Positions 27,423 through 35,541 are shown, numbered from the stretch's first letter. The stretch: DNA of 50,720 nt from Candidatus Nanoanaerosalina halalkaliphila (GCA_022729335.1 JALDAE010000002.1:1-50720); one strand, 5' to 3'. The notes: generated from the letters alone by a model not told the origin. Program-made: numbers and translations.

Positions 27423-28181
27423 CTAGTCGAAGAACCTCAGGAATCCGTTTTTCATTTTTTCCACGGGACTCCTTTTAGGAGGTTCCTGCCCAAGTAATTT
27501 GTGAGAAACATCTTCAACTGATTCAACTACTTTTGAATAAGGCTTGTGGTGTACAAGAGGTTCTCCATGTGCTATGGATTCTCTAACATAGTTGCAGTGA
27601 GGTACTTCTCCGATGATGTCCTCACCTATCTTTTCGGCCACAACATCGTGTTTCAGTTCCAGATGGTCGTCAAATACCTGGTTAAGGACAATGCCCTGTA
27701 CATCTACATCTAGCTTCTTGGCCAGTTCACGGGTAACCTTTGCGTTATCTACTGCCGGATACATAGGCCTTGAAACTATAACAGCTTCGTTACTTGCTTC
27801 AAGAGCTCTTTGAACAGGTCTTTTTGCTCCTGGTGGGCTGTCAATAATAACAAAATCTTTCTGACCCAGAAAATCCAAGATAGCGTGCTTCAGATGGTTG
27901 GAATCCAGAGAGTAATCCTCGAAATCTGCAGGCAAAACTGATACTCCTGACTTGTGCCGGTAAACTGCCTGTGTGATGTATGCATCTCCCTTTACAACAT
28001 CGTTCAAGGTTGCACTAGATGCATCAAGTCCAAAATGCCTTGAAATATTTGCTCCGGAAAAATCTCCGTCGATTAGCGCAACTCTCTCGCCTTTTTCGGC
28101 CAGTGAAACGGCCAGGTTTGTCGAAAAAGTTGTCTTTCCCACTCCACCTTTTCCCGACACAATTGAGAGTACTCTTGTCAT
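27423..28181 (-). CDS. minD: MinD/ParA-family P-loop ATPase with C-terminal amphipathic helix
   Basis: Deviant Walker A SGKGGVGKTT, and VIIDSPPG. The C-terminus KMKNGFLRFFD resembles the MinD membrane-targeting sequence. Confidence 0.75.
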   Translation of the reverse strand: MTRVLSIVSGKGGVGKTTFSTNLAVSLAEKGERVALIDGDFSGANISRHFGLDASSATLNDVVKGDAYITQAVYRHKSGVSVLPADFEDYSLDSNHLKHAILDFLGQKDFVIIDSPPGAKRPVQRALEASNEAVIVSRPMYPAVDNAKVTRELAKKLDVDVQGIVLNQVFDDHLELKHDVVAEKIGEDIIGEVPHCNYVRESIAHGEPLVHHKPYSKVVESVEDVSHKLLGQEPPKRSPVEKMKNGFLRFFD

Positions 28182-28217
28182 GTATTACTTATTGTAGCCC
28201 ATTAGTTAAAAACTTTA

Positions 28218-29393
28218 TTAGGAATATTTTTCCAGCGCACTGATCACCGGGAGTTGCTCTCCGCTCATGAACCTGACAAAAGCTCCACCGGCAATGGACA
28301 CGTGAGAGAAATCATCGACAGAAAACTCTGATTCGCTAAGGAGTGTGGATGTATGGCCTCCTCCCAGCAAGGTAAATCCATTGCACAGAGTAACAGCCTT
28401 TAAAACACTTAATGATCCCTCTCTATAACCTTCTTCATATGCTCCCATGGGACCTTTCATTATAACTGATTCAGCGCTTCTTATGATAGCCCTGTATTTT
28501 TCAGCGGTTTCAGGACCTATATCCCATACCATTTCAGTACCGTCAAGTTTTTCAACGTCCACCTTGCCCTTCTCATTTCTTATATCAACGGGAAGAACAA
28601 ATTTGTCCTCGTGTTCTTTAAGAATGTCGAAAAACTCTTTCTCGCCTTCGTTCAGCCCTCTTTCTTTTATCCAGCCGTACTTTTTCTCGAGATCCTTGCC
28701 TTTCAATTTGAGAGCTATCTCGCCAGGTATACCTCCAAGAAGAACCTTTTCTGCTTTTTCGATCATGTTTTCCAGTACTTTGACCAGGTCGGCGGGTTTT
28801 GCTCCTCCCAAAACCAGAACAGGGTTCTCAACAGCATCTCTTGCTTTAGAGCATTCTTTAATTTCTCTGGCCATGAGAGGACCTGCACAGGTTTCAAGAT
28901 TTTTCATAAAGCCCATCATAGATCCATGTGGTCGATGTGCGACCGAAAAAGCATCGTTAACAAATAAGTCGAAATGTCTCTGAAGCTTTTTTACAAATAT
29001 GTTTTCCGAGTGTTTCTCAACTGTTTCGTTCCTAAGTTCCTCGGAAAGAAATCGGGCGTTTTCAAAAAGAGCGATATCGCCGTTAGTCATTTCCTCTATT
29101 TTCTCTTCAGGTTCCTGGCCAAAGAAAGAGGCTATGAACTTTACTTCTTTACCTATCTCTTTTTCAAGGAGAGATACATGATTTTCAAGCGACATAAAAT
29201 CCTTGTCGCCTGGTCTTCCCTGGTGAGCCATCAACACAACCTTGGCCCCTCTATCAGATAGCTCTTTTATTGATTCGGAATACCTTTCAAGTCTCAAGTT
29301 TTTTACAGGTCTGTTTTCCTCTATGGGAAGGTTCAGGTCAGACCTGACCAGGACTTTCTTGCCTTCAACATCCTCATCAGATACGTTTTTCAT
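28218..29393 (-). CDS. pgk: Phosphoglycerate kinase
   Basis: KKVLVRSDLNLPI, VVLMAHQGRPG and GGGHTSTLL-type C-terminal motifs. The track start is TTG at 29411; ATG at 29393 (MKNVSDEDV), 4 nt after the fba stop, is preferred. Confidence 0.9.
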   Translation of the reverse strand: MKNVSDEDVEGKKVLVRSDLNLPIEENRPVKNLRLERYSESIKELSDRGAKVVLMAHQGRPGDKDFMSLENHVSLLEKEIGKEVKFIASFFGQEPEEKIEEMTNGDIALFENARFLSEELRNETVEKHSENIFVKKLQRHFDLFVNDAFSVAHRPHGSMMGFMKNLETCAGPLMAREIKECSKARDAVENPVLVLGGAKPADLVKVLENMIEKAEKVLLGGIPGEIALKLKGKDLEKKYGWIKERGLNEGEKEFFDILKEHEDKFVLPVDIRNEKGKVDVEKLDGTEMVWDIGPETAEKYRAIIRSAESVIMKGPMGAYEEGYREGSLSVLKAVTLCNGFTLLGGGHTSTLLSESEFSVDDFSHVSIAGGAFVRFMSGEQLPVISALEKYS

Positions 29394-29397
29394 ATTA

Positions 29398-30189
29398 TCA
29401 CATCTCGTCAACTATCCGATCCACACTTTTCTCCCTGAATAGAAGGTCTCCGACTGCTTTAATAATTTTTTCGGGGTTTTCTCGTTTCCAGACGTTCCTC
29501 CCAACAGCGGTTCCATTGCAACCTGCAGAAATAGAGTTTTCAAGCACTTCAAGGAATTCTCTATCCGTTTTAACAGAGCCTCCGGAAACCACAACATCCA
29601 TGTCACCGGTGACCTTTGTGACCTGTTCCATGTTTTCTTGAGATCCTGTGTATTTCACTTTCACCATGTCAGCTCCCAGTTCAAGGCCTATCCTGGCACC
29701 GTAACTGACAACTTCGGGAGTTGTATCATCCTCTATGTCTTTTCCACGCGGATAAGCCCATACCACGACCGGGATATCGTACTCTCTTGCCTTCTCCTGA
29801 ACCATCCTGAAATCCTCAAACATCCTTTCCTCTGTTCTGGAACCAGGATACAAGGTGTATCCCAGAGCATCAGCTCCTAAATCCACGGCTCTTTCAACTG
29901 TGCAGTTCTTGGGAGAGTAAGGAATGTCGTCCTTCATGTCAGTCGTTCCATTAAGTTTTAACAGCAAGTTTACTTCATCCGAGTAATTATGATAATATCT
30001 CTCCGCCAGTCCTTTCTGAACAGCCAGAAGATTGACGTCTTTGTTAGTAGCGAGTTTAAAAACTCTCTCAGGATCCGCAGTTTTCGGTAGTTTTTCGAAA
30101 TCGGACGGTCCGTGCTCCAGTCCGTGGTCGTATGCAAGTATAAACATATTTCCATTATTCTTGAGTCCAGAAAAGCTTTCCTTGTTCAT
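29398..30189 (-). CDS. fba: Fructose-bisphosphate aldolase, class I archaeal (DhnA) type
   Basis: MFILAYDHGLEHGP, a Schiff-base lysine context (ADMVKVKY) and TIM-barrel length of 263 aa. Operon with pgk. An AroA-prime (ADH synthase) paralog cannot be excluded from sequence alone. Confidence 0.75.
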   Translation of the reverse strand: MNKESFSGLKNNGNMFILAYDHGLEHGPSDFEKLPKTADPERVFKLATNKDVNLLAVQKGLAERYYHNYSDEVNLLLKLNGTTDMKDDIPYSPKNCTVERAVDLGADALGYTLYPGSRTEERMFEDFRMVQEKAREYDIPVVVWAYPRGKDIEDDTTPEVVSYGARIGLELGADMVKVKYTGSQENMEQVTKVTGDMDVVVSGGSVKTDREFLEVLENSISAGCNGTAVGRNVWKRENPEKIIKAVGDLLFREKSVDRIVDEM

Positions 30190-30238
30190 GTAACAAACTT
30201 GTCAACAACCAAATATAAATCTGTCCGGTGGCACCAAC

Positions 30239-30245
30239 TTTAAAA
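30239..30245 (+). promoter_or_regulatory. TATA-like box for the tRNA gene
   Basis: TTTAAAA centred about 28 nt upstream of tRNA position 1 (30270). Confidence 0.4.
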
Positions 30246-30269
30246 CTGTTACCAAGAAATTCAATTGGT

Positions 30270-30344
30270 AGCGGGGTGGAGCAGCCAGGAGTGCTCGTCG
30301 GGCTCATAACCCGGAGGCCGGTGGTTCAAATCCACCCCCCGCTA
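30270..30344 (+). tRNA. Initiator tRNA-Met (anticodon CAT)
   Basis: Cloverleaf read by eye. Acceptor AGCGGGG/CCCCGCT with A1:U72, then U8. D arm GAGC-AGCCAGGAGT-GCTC. Anticodon arm TCGGG-CTCATAA-CCCGG, with CAT at 30305-30307 and three G:C pairs next to the loop. Variable loop AGGCC, T arm GGTGG-TTCAAAT-CCACC, discriminator A. No encoded CCA, and an oligo-T follows. Confidence 0.85.
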
Positions 30345-30400
30345 TAAGGCCTAAAGTTTTTATTCAGGTAATTACTCGGACATATTTTATCTTTTCTAGT

Positions 30401-33400
30401 TTATTCAATTAGCTCCAGTTCCGGAGAGTCATACAAGGGCTCGCAGACACCTGGTTCTTCGCAGTTATTTGTTATACACTGATCATCATTTTCACATTCC
30501 TGGCCGGTTTCGAGCATGATCTCGATACTTTCAAGATGGTGCTTTCCTTCATTCCCCTGTCTATCTTCGGAATTAAGATGAAGTGCTTTGACATCGTAAT
30601 CATCCCATGACTCCGAGCACTCTATTTCAACAGGCTGTTCTCTTTCACCGTCAAAATTTTCTTCACATATCTTGTTGGAACAATCTTGTTCTTCACATAA
30701 AGATAAAGATTCTATTCCTGATTCTTTGTCAAACGCTTCAGCTTCTATAGTCGCTTCGTCACCTGAAGATACTGTATCCCAGTCCTCTTCACCTTCAACC
30801 AGTACCCTGTAATCCTCAAGTTCAGGAGGATATGTATCTTCTCTCCATATCGGAAAGGATTCATCCTCTTCTTTTTTACATACAAAGTAATCGTCTTCAA
30901 GCATCTCAAGAGAGTATTCGAAATGGTAACTGATTATCTCGTCGGGTATGTTACTGTAATGAGTCGGAGCTCCATCCTCTTGACAGAAAGCTATTTCTTC
31001 CTTGTCATCAGGACACAAAAACTCTTGATCCTCAAAGTTTGAGCCTTCATACTCTTTGTTCAGCCAGCTATCGTCTTCCTCACATCTTCTGAAAACATGG
31101 AAGCTCTCTATTTCCGTGTCCTGTTCTTTACCCATTGCTCCGTCAAACTGCTTGTCAAAAGACTGGTCTTCAAGAGAATCTGTCAAACTTTGATATACAT
31201 CTTCGTCCATTTCTCCATCCTGGTAATCTCCTGTTATGCTGTCTTCAAGTTGATCAAGCGGGCTATTCTCTTCTTCAAAAAGATCTTCAGACCAGTCAAA
31301 TACAAAAGAGTCTTCTGGAGGTCCAAAACCTGCGTCACCTATTTCTGTTCCATCATGGGCCACTCCTTCAAGTTCAACAGTGTTTTCCAGGCAGTCCTCC
31401 CAGTTGTACATACACCTGGCGAAGTTAGTCATGTTAACCTGCTCAAGTGCTCTCCAGTTCCAAGAAGTATCAAGGATCTGTTCATAGATCACATCCATTT
31501 TTAGGTAACCGTGGTATCCTTCTTCATCCTCAACCAGCCATGACTCTGTTTCAATCTCTATCTCGTATTCCCCTGACTCTTCCATGTCTTCAATAGAAAT
31601 TATCCTTATAGTTCTTCCATCGTCTTCTTGTTTCATCGGCGCTCCATCAATTACCCGAGAGTTAACATCAGTCCATTCCCTTATGTATGGAATTATATCG
31701 TCCAGATCTCTATCAGCAATCTCTTCGCCTTTATAAGGTCTTCTATACTCTATGTCGTCTATAACAACCTCGAATTTATTTTCTCCTTCTTCCATATCTC
31801 CTAGAGAAACAATTTCGATTCGTTCTGTTTCGGAAAAGACAGATTCATCAAGTTCTTCGTTGTTGCTGTCTATTATTTCCAAGCGCTCTCCTTCTTCCTT
31901 GTCCAAAAAGTCTTCAGCGACATCTATATCGTCTTCGTTAAAATCAGAAACATTGGAAACTGTGCCGTCTTCAACACTCGAGTATCCCATATCCAGTCCT
32001 CCGGTGTCAACCTCGATGAAATAAGGATCTTTTTCCTCGACCTCCTCCGAACCCGAGCTAACTACCTCATTGAAAGTATCGATGGTGACATAATTCAGTC
32101 TATCCGTGTCTTCAAGCCCGCAATAATCTTCAAAAGTGCTAATTTCGTTTTCAAATTCGGATTCAATCTCGTATATATCATCAAACTCTAGTTCAGAATC
32201 TCTTATATCTACTTCGCAGCTCTCGGATAAAACCCTTGTAATGGTTGTATCTTCATCCATCTCTACCTGATCATCGTCCGGATCCGGTGCCTCGGCACCC
32301 ATAAGGTAATCAGGTCCAAGCCATAAATCCTCAAGACTCAGGCCATCGTGCTGCCCTTCAGCTATCTCCGTAATGTTGTACCTGTCACCTTCATCAAAAT
32401 CTTCTCCCGGCAACTCTAGATTTTCCTCTTCCACCACCTTGTTAAGAGCTTCGGCGAATCTTTCTCGCCAAGCCCATAGACGATAACTTCTTAACTCGTT
32501 TTCAGGTTCGTAAACAAGTTTAAAAGATTTCTGCGAAGGCATTTCGATTTCATCAAGCCTTCCGAACTGATCACCGTCATCTCCGTAATACACGTTGTGG
32601 TGAGCCGCATAAAGACCTGTTTTCTCTGTGTATCCTTCGCCGTAAACCTCATCTATATCTATACTGTCATCCAAAGTCATTTCATTTTGAAGCCTGGCAA
32701 AAGGCACTCTGTTCATACACGCCAAAATAGTCATATACATGCTCAAATACATATCTTGCTCAGATTCAAACGCAGGAGTACCTATGGAAGCGTAACCTCC
32801 TGGACTCAAACTGTAACCTGTGTTTATATCTCCGGTCGGATGTCTCTGTGAAAGTCCTTGTATAGATGGACAAACCGAATCGTCCTCGTTAACAGAAATA
32901 CTTTCGAGTGTGTTAAGGTTCATACTTTCTATTTTTTCCTGGTCAAGAAACGGGGCGTCTTGGTGTTCGGACGGAATGCTCGTTCCATCTGAAACAGCAA
33001 CATCCTCCTCAGGATCTCCACAGACCATTTGAACTCCACCTCCTCCCAAATCCAGTTCATCCCTATCTACTGTCTCTATGTGAGACGTTGCTCCGCTACC
33101 ACAGTCATGCCTATTACCAACCACATCTGGATCGTATAATATAGGGTCTTCAGGAGTTCCACATACCTTGAGGCTATCAACATCATTAGGCATATCGTCG
33201 GAGTCCTCGAGCGAACCATCCCATCCCGAGCCTATGTTGTCATTGGGATCAAAAGCATGCCTCATGAAATACTCGACATCTCCTTCGGGATACACTTCTC
33301 CGTCCTCGTTCCATTGACTGACATAATCATCCCATGAACCATCGAATTCCTCCCATTCCTGGGGCTGGGGACAGTCATCGAAGGAAGAAATCCTGTCATC

Positions 33401-33622
33401 GGTCGTACAATACTGGATAGGTCGATCATCAACAACTCTGTATATCTGATCACAGTAATAGAGTTCGCCGTCTATTATTCCGTCTTGACATCCTGTAAGG
33501 TAGTGAAGGGCGTCAACTGTCCTGTCCCCCGGAGGAGAAGGAGCAGCAGGATCGGCGTTTACGAATGTTAAACCAAAAACGAATAAAAACACCATAAAAA
33601 CAACTAATTTTCCTCCTTTCAT
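30401..33622 (-). CDS. Hyper-acidic secreted protein with Cys-rich termini, unknown function
   Basis: 1073-aa ORF. Signal-like MKGGKLVVFMVFLFVFGLTFVNA. By eye roughly a third of residues are D/E. Cys clusters occur near the N-terminus (GCQDG...YYCDQ...QYCTTDD...DDCPQP) and C-terminus (QECENDDQCITNNCEEPGVCEP). Internal repeat IEIVSLGDMEEGENKFEVVID / IRIISIEDMEESGEYEIEIET. GGAGGA lies upstream, and the ATG overlaps the upstream stop (ATGA). No TM anchor. Confidence 0.75.
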   Translation of the reverse strand: MKGGKLVVFMVFLFVFGLTFVNADPAAPSPPGDRTVDALHYLTGCQDGIIDGELYYCDQIYRVVDDRPIQYCTTDDRISSFDDCPQPQEWEEFDGSWDDYVSQWNEDGEVYPEGDVEYFMRHAFDPNDNIGSGWDGSLEDSDDMPNDVDSLKVCGTPEDPILYDPDVVGNRHDCGSGATSHIETVDRDELDLGGGGVQMVCGDPEEDVAVSDGTSIPSEHQDAPFLDQEKIESMNLNTLESISVNEDDSVCPSIQGLSQRHPTGDINTGYSLSPGGYASIGTPAFESEQDMYLSMYMTILACMNRVPFARLQNEMTLDDSIDIDEVYGEGYTEKTGLYAAHHNVYYGDDGDQFGRLDEIEMPSQKSFKLVYEPENELRSYRLWAWRERFAEALNKVVEEENLELPGEDFDEGDRYNITEIAEGQHDGLSLEDLWLGPDYLMGAEAPDPDDDQVEMDEDTTITRVLSESCEVDIRDSELEFDDIYEIESEFENEISTFEDYCGLEDTDRLNYVTIDTFNEVVSSGSEEVEEKDPYFIEVDTGGLDMGYSSVEDGTVSNVSDFNEDDIDVAEDFLDKEEGERLEIIDSNNEELDESVFSETERIEIVSLGDMEEGENKFEVVIDDIEYRRPYKGEEIADRDLDDIIPYIREWTDVNSRVIDGAPMKQEDDGRTIRIISIEDMEESGEYEIEIETESWLVEDEEGYHGYLKMDVIYEQILDTSWNWRALEQVNMTNFARCMYNWEDCLENTVELEGVAHDGTEIGDAGFGPPEDSFVFDWSEDLFEEENSPLDQLEDSITGDYQDGEMDEDVYQSLTDSLEDQSFDKQFDGAMGKEQDTEIESFHVFRRCEEDDSWLNKEYEGSNFEDQEFLCPDDKEEIAFCQEDGAPTHYSNIPDEIISYHFEYSLEMLEDDYFVCKKEEDESFPIWREDTYPPELEDYRVLVEGEEDWDTVSSGDEATIEAEAFDKESGIESLSLCEEQDCSNKICEENFDGEREQPVEIECSESWDDYDVKALHLNSEDRQGNEGKHHLESIEIMLETGQECENDDQCITNNCEEPGVCEPLYDSPELELIE

Positions 33623-35040
33623 CTTTTATCACCCAACATCTTGTAACCCAACAAAACAACTGCTATTAATCCTATAGCTGCCACAAGACCTATCCTCCAA
33701 TATTCATCGTCTTCCTCGGGCTCTTCTGTTTCTTCGTCTTCTTCTTCAAACGTTCTTACAAAATAGGATTCCTTTTCCGGTTCCTCTTCGACACCTCTAC
33801 AATCATAACATCCCATCTCATACTCTTGTTTTGTACATACACCGTCCATAACGCATTCTCCTCTTTCCCGAACATATCCGTCTTCAGTCAGAACTCTGTC
33901 AGGGATTAGCTCGCTGTATTCTTCCTCGTAGACATCAAAAACGAGATCGTCCTTCCCAAGTTCGATCCTCAATACATATTCTTCGAGGTCTTCCGGGACC
34001 TCGAATCCGAACTCGAAGTCTTCGGGTTGAAAAGGTAGCCTATCAATAGTTTTCTCTTCACTGATTACGACTTCATCTTCTTTCAATATTTCAAGATTTA
34101 GAAATGCGTTTTCAACCGTACTAACACCATCAGCAGGACCTACTATCGTAACTTCGGAGCCGAAATATTCTCCTTCTTTGTAGACATCCTCGTAATTTCT
34201 TACTTCTGTAATGCTTCCTCCTTCACCACCTATTACAAGCCTAACAGATCCTCCTGTCATCCTATCTCCGTCTTCATTATTGATTACTGTTTCTACTTCA
34301 TACGTGCCTGGTTGATTCATCGAAGTTTCCAGTGTATACACTTTTTCCTCTCCAGGATCTAAAGAGCCTATTTGTTCCTCAAATTCTCTTATGTCTTTAT
34401 CTTTAGTGGAATATGTTGGTCTTATCTTTGTTTCAGCGCTTAATTCAACAGAACTATCTCCAGGGTTTACTATTTCAGCCCTTATATCGAACTCGGAACC
34501 AGGTAGAACTGTTTCGCCGTGTGTGCCATAGGATGGTTGTCTTCTGGTCACAACAGAGTCTCCCTGTGTAATTATCTGTTCGTAAACCAGGTAAACACCG
34601 GAACTGCCTAACTCAACTACATCAGTCACCTCCTCGTTTTCTATGTATACCTCTTCCTGGATAAAAGCCACAGGAATTCCGCTGCTTGATTCGACCCTAT
34701 AAATTAACTCGTACTCTCCCTCGGGTATATCAGAAGGTATTTCTTCTTCTATCTCGACTAGTCTGAGCTCCCTTGAAGCAAGATCTATGTCTTCCTCAAG
34801 CACTGTTTCAAAAACCACGCTATTATCAGATTCTCTCTGCAAGAACGCATAAACATTAAGCCCTACTTGAGGGCCGTCTCCATGGTTTAAAATATTTGCT
34901 CGGCCTTCTAATGTTTCTCCAGCATTATAAACAGGTTCATCAACTTCTAAACCTCTAAAACTAATATCAAAGGATGTCGCAGTTGCCGCAGAAAAAGTTA
35001 ATAAGACGCCGATAGCCAAGATAAATGCTTTGCATTTCAT
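33619..35040 (-). CDS. Membrane-anchored cell-surface protein with Ig-like (CARDB-like) repeats
   Basis: 473 aa. Signal-like MKCKAFILAIGVLLTFSAATA. Repeated beta-sandwich signatures (YNAGETLEGRANILNHGDG, FDIRAEIVNPGDSSVEL, EVTIVGPADGVSTVENAFLNLEI). Juxtamembrane Cys cluster (GECVMDGVCTKQEYEMGCYDC), an acidic linker, and a C-terminal TM plus basic tail WRIGLVAAIGLIAVVLLGYKMLGDKR. No PGF-CTERM motif. Confidence 0.75.
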   Translation of the reverse strand: MKCKAFILAIGVLLTFSAATATSFDISFRGLEVDEPVYNAGETLEGRANILNHGDGPQVGLNVYAFLQRESDNSVVFETVLEEDIDLASRELRLVEIEEEIPSDIPEGEYELIYRVESSSGIPVAFIQEEVYIENEEVTDVVELGSSGVYLVYEQIITQGDSVVTRRQPSYGTHGETVLPGSEFDIRAEIVNPGDSSVELSAETKIRPTYSTKDKDIREFEEQIGSLDPGEEKVYTLETSMNQPGTYEVETVINNEDGDRMTGGSVRLVIGGEGGSITEVRNYEDVYKEGEYFGSEVTIVGPADGVSTVENAFLNLEILKEDEVVISEEKTIDRLPFQPEDFEFGFEVPEDLEEYVLRIELGKDDLVFDVYEEEYSELIPDRVLTEDGYVRERGECVMDGVCTKQEYEMGCYDCRGVEEEPEKESYFVRTFEEEDEETEEPEEDDEYWRIGLVAAIGLIAVVLLGYKMLGDKR

Positions 35041-35105
35041 TATTTATTATTTAATCAAAGTTATTTAAAAAATATACGAGAGGCCGGCAAGGACTCCCGC
35101 TATAG

Positions 35106-35165
35106 AAAGGCTCTGGTCAATCCTACAAAGGCTCTGGTCAATTCAACAATTTATTCTCTGGTCAA
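35106..35165. repeat. Three phased direct repeats (core GCTCTGGTCAA) upstream of the surface-protein operon
   Basis: AAAGGCTCTGGTCAAT at 35106-35121 and 35127-35142 (21-nt period), plus a third core CTCTGGTCAA at 35156-35165 (24-nt spacing). They lie 65-125 nt upstream of the ATG at 35040 (minus strand) and upstream of an A/T-rich TATA-like tract at 35041-35075. Confidence 0.5.
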
Positions 35166-35174
35166 ACGCCGGCT

Positions 35175-35357
35175 TTAAAGATCGGACACATACTCCCTAA
35201 AATGCTTCTTACACAACACAATATTATCAGATCCATCATGCAGCACGTTCTTAAACGAAGTAGTTCTACCGCAGACTTCACATTCATATCGAACGCTTTT
35301 ACCGCTGTTTTGAGCTTTTTCTGGCATACTTGTTTCCAAAACTTTTGTTCCTTGCAT
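35175..35357 (-). CDS. Small (60-aa) zinc-finger-like protein, C-x2-C-G ... C-x2-H
   Basis: ATG preceded by AGGAGGGAGA (35361-35370, 7-nt spacer). Sequence ...RYECEVCGRTTSFKNVLHDGSDNIVLCKKHFREY, in which the CEVCG plus CKKH pairs resemble haloarchaeal CPxCG-type micro-proteins. No homology check was possible. Confidence 0.4.
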   Translation of the reverse strand: MQGTKVLETSMPEKAQNSGKSVRYECEVCGRTTSFKNVLHDGSDNIVLCKKHFREYVSDL

Positions 35358-35505
35358 TTTTCTCCCTCCTCGGGATACTGCCCACCCGGTTCGAACAGGT
35401 AGCTCCGGAGGTACGGTGTGTTTCCAGGGACCAAGAAAAAATCGGTCCTCCTCCCTGCTGTGCGGTACGGAGGTATACAGCCAACAGGGAGGTTACACCA
35501 GAGCA
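35358..35505 (-). other. GC-rich structured leader or ncRNA upstream of the zinc-finger ORF
   Basis: Stems visible by eye (plus-strand coordinates): CCTCCCTG 35450-35457 pairs with CAGGGAGG 35485-35492; GGACC 35428-35432 pairs with GGTCC 35444-35448; near-palindrome GTAGCTCCGGAGGTAC at 35399-35414. On the minus strand there are three CCUCC elements (35407-35411, 35469-35473, 35488-35492) complementary to the GGAGG ribosome-binding site. An A/T-rich TATA-like tract lies at 35508-35525. Confidence 0.3.
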
Positions 35506-35541
35506 GTTATGAAATATTTATTTGAGAAGTAATTTTCGACC

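Noticed and set aside
35162-35434. 90-aa minus-strand ORF overlapping the 60-aa zinc-finger ORF in another frame
   Set aside because: It has no ribosome-binding site, and its start falls inside the structured leader. The 60-aa frame has a strong AGGAGG site and paired Cys/His ligands, so only that frame was kept, at low confidence.
35372-35508. tRNA-like ends on the minus strand: a 7-bp acceptor pairing (ACTGCTC / GGGCAGT) contiguous with a T arm ACCTG-TTCGAAC-CGGGT
   Set aside because: The intervening roughly 110 nt cannot be folded into D and anticodon arms, even allowing a canonical or D-loop intron. No U33-containing anticodon loop with flanking 5-bp stem was found. A 7-bp match within this span is not very improbable by chance. 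tRNAscan-SE or ARAGORN in intron and split-tRNA modes could revisit this.
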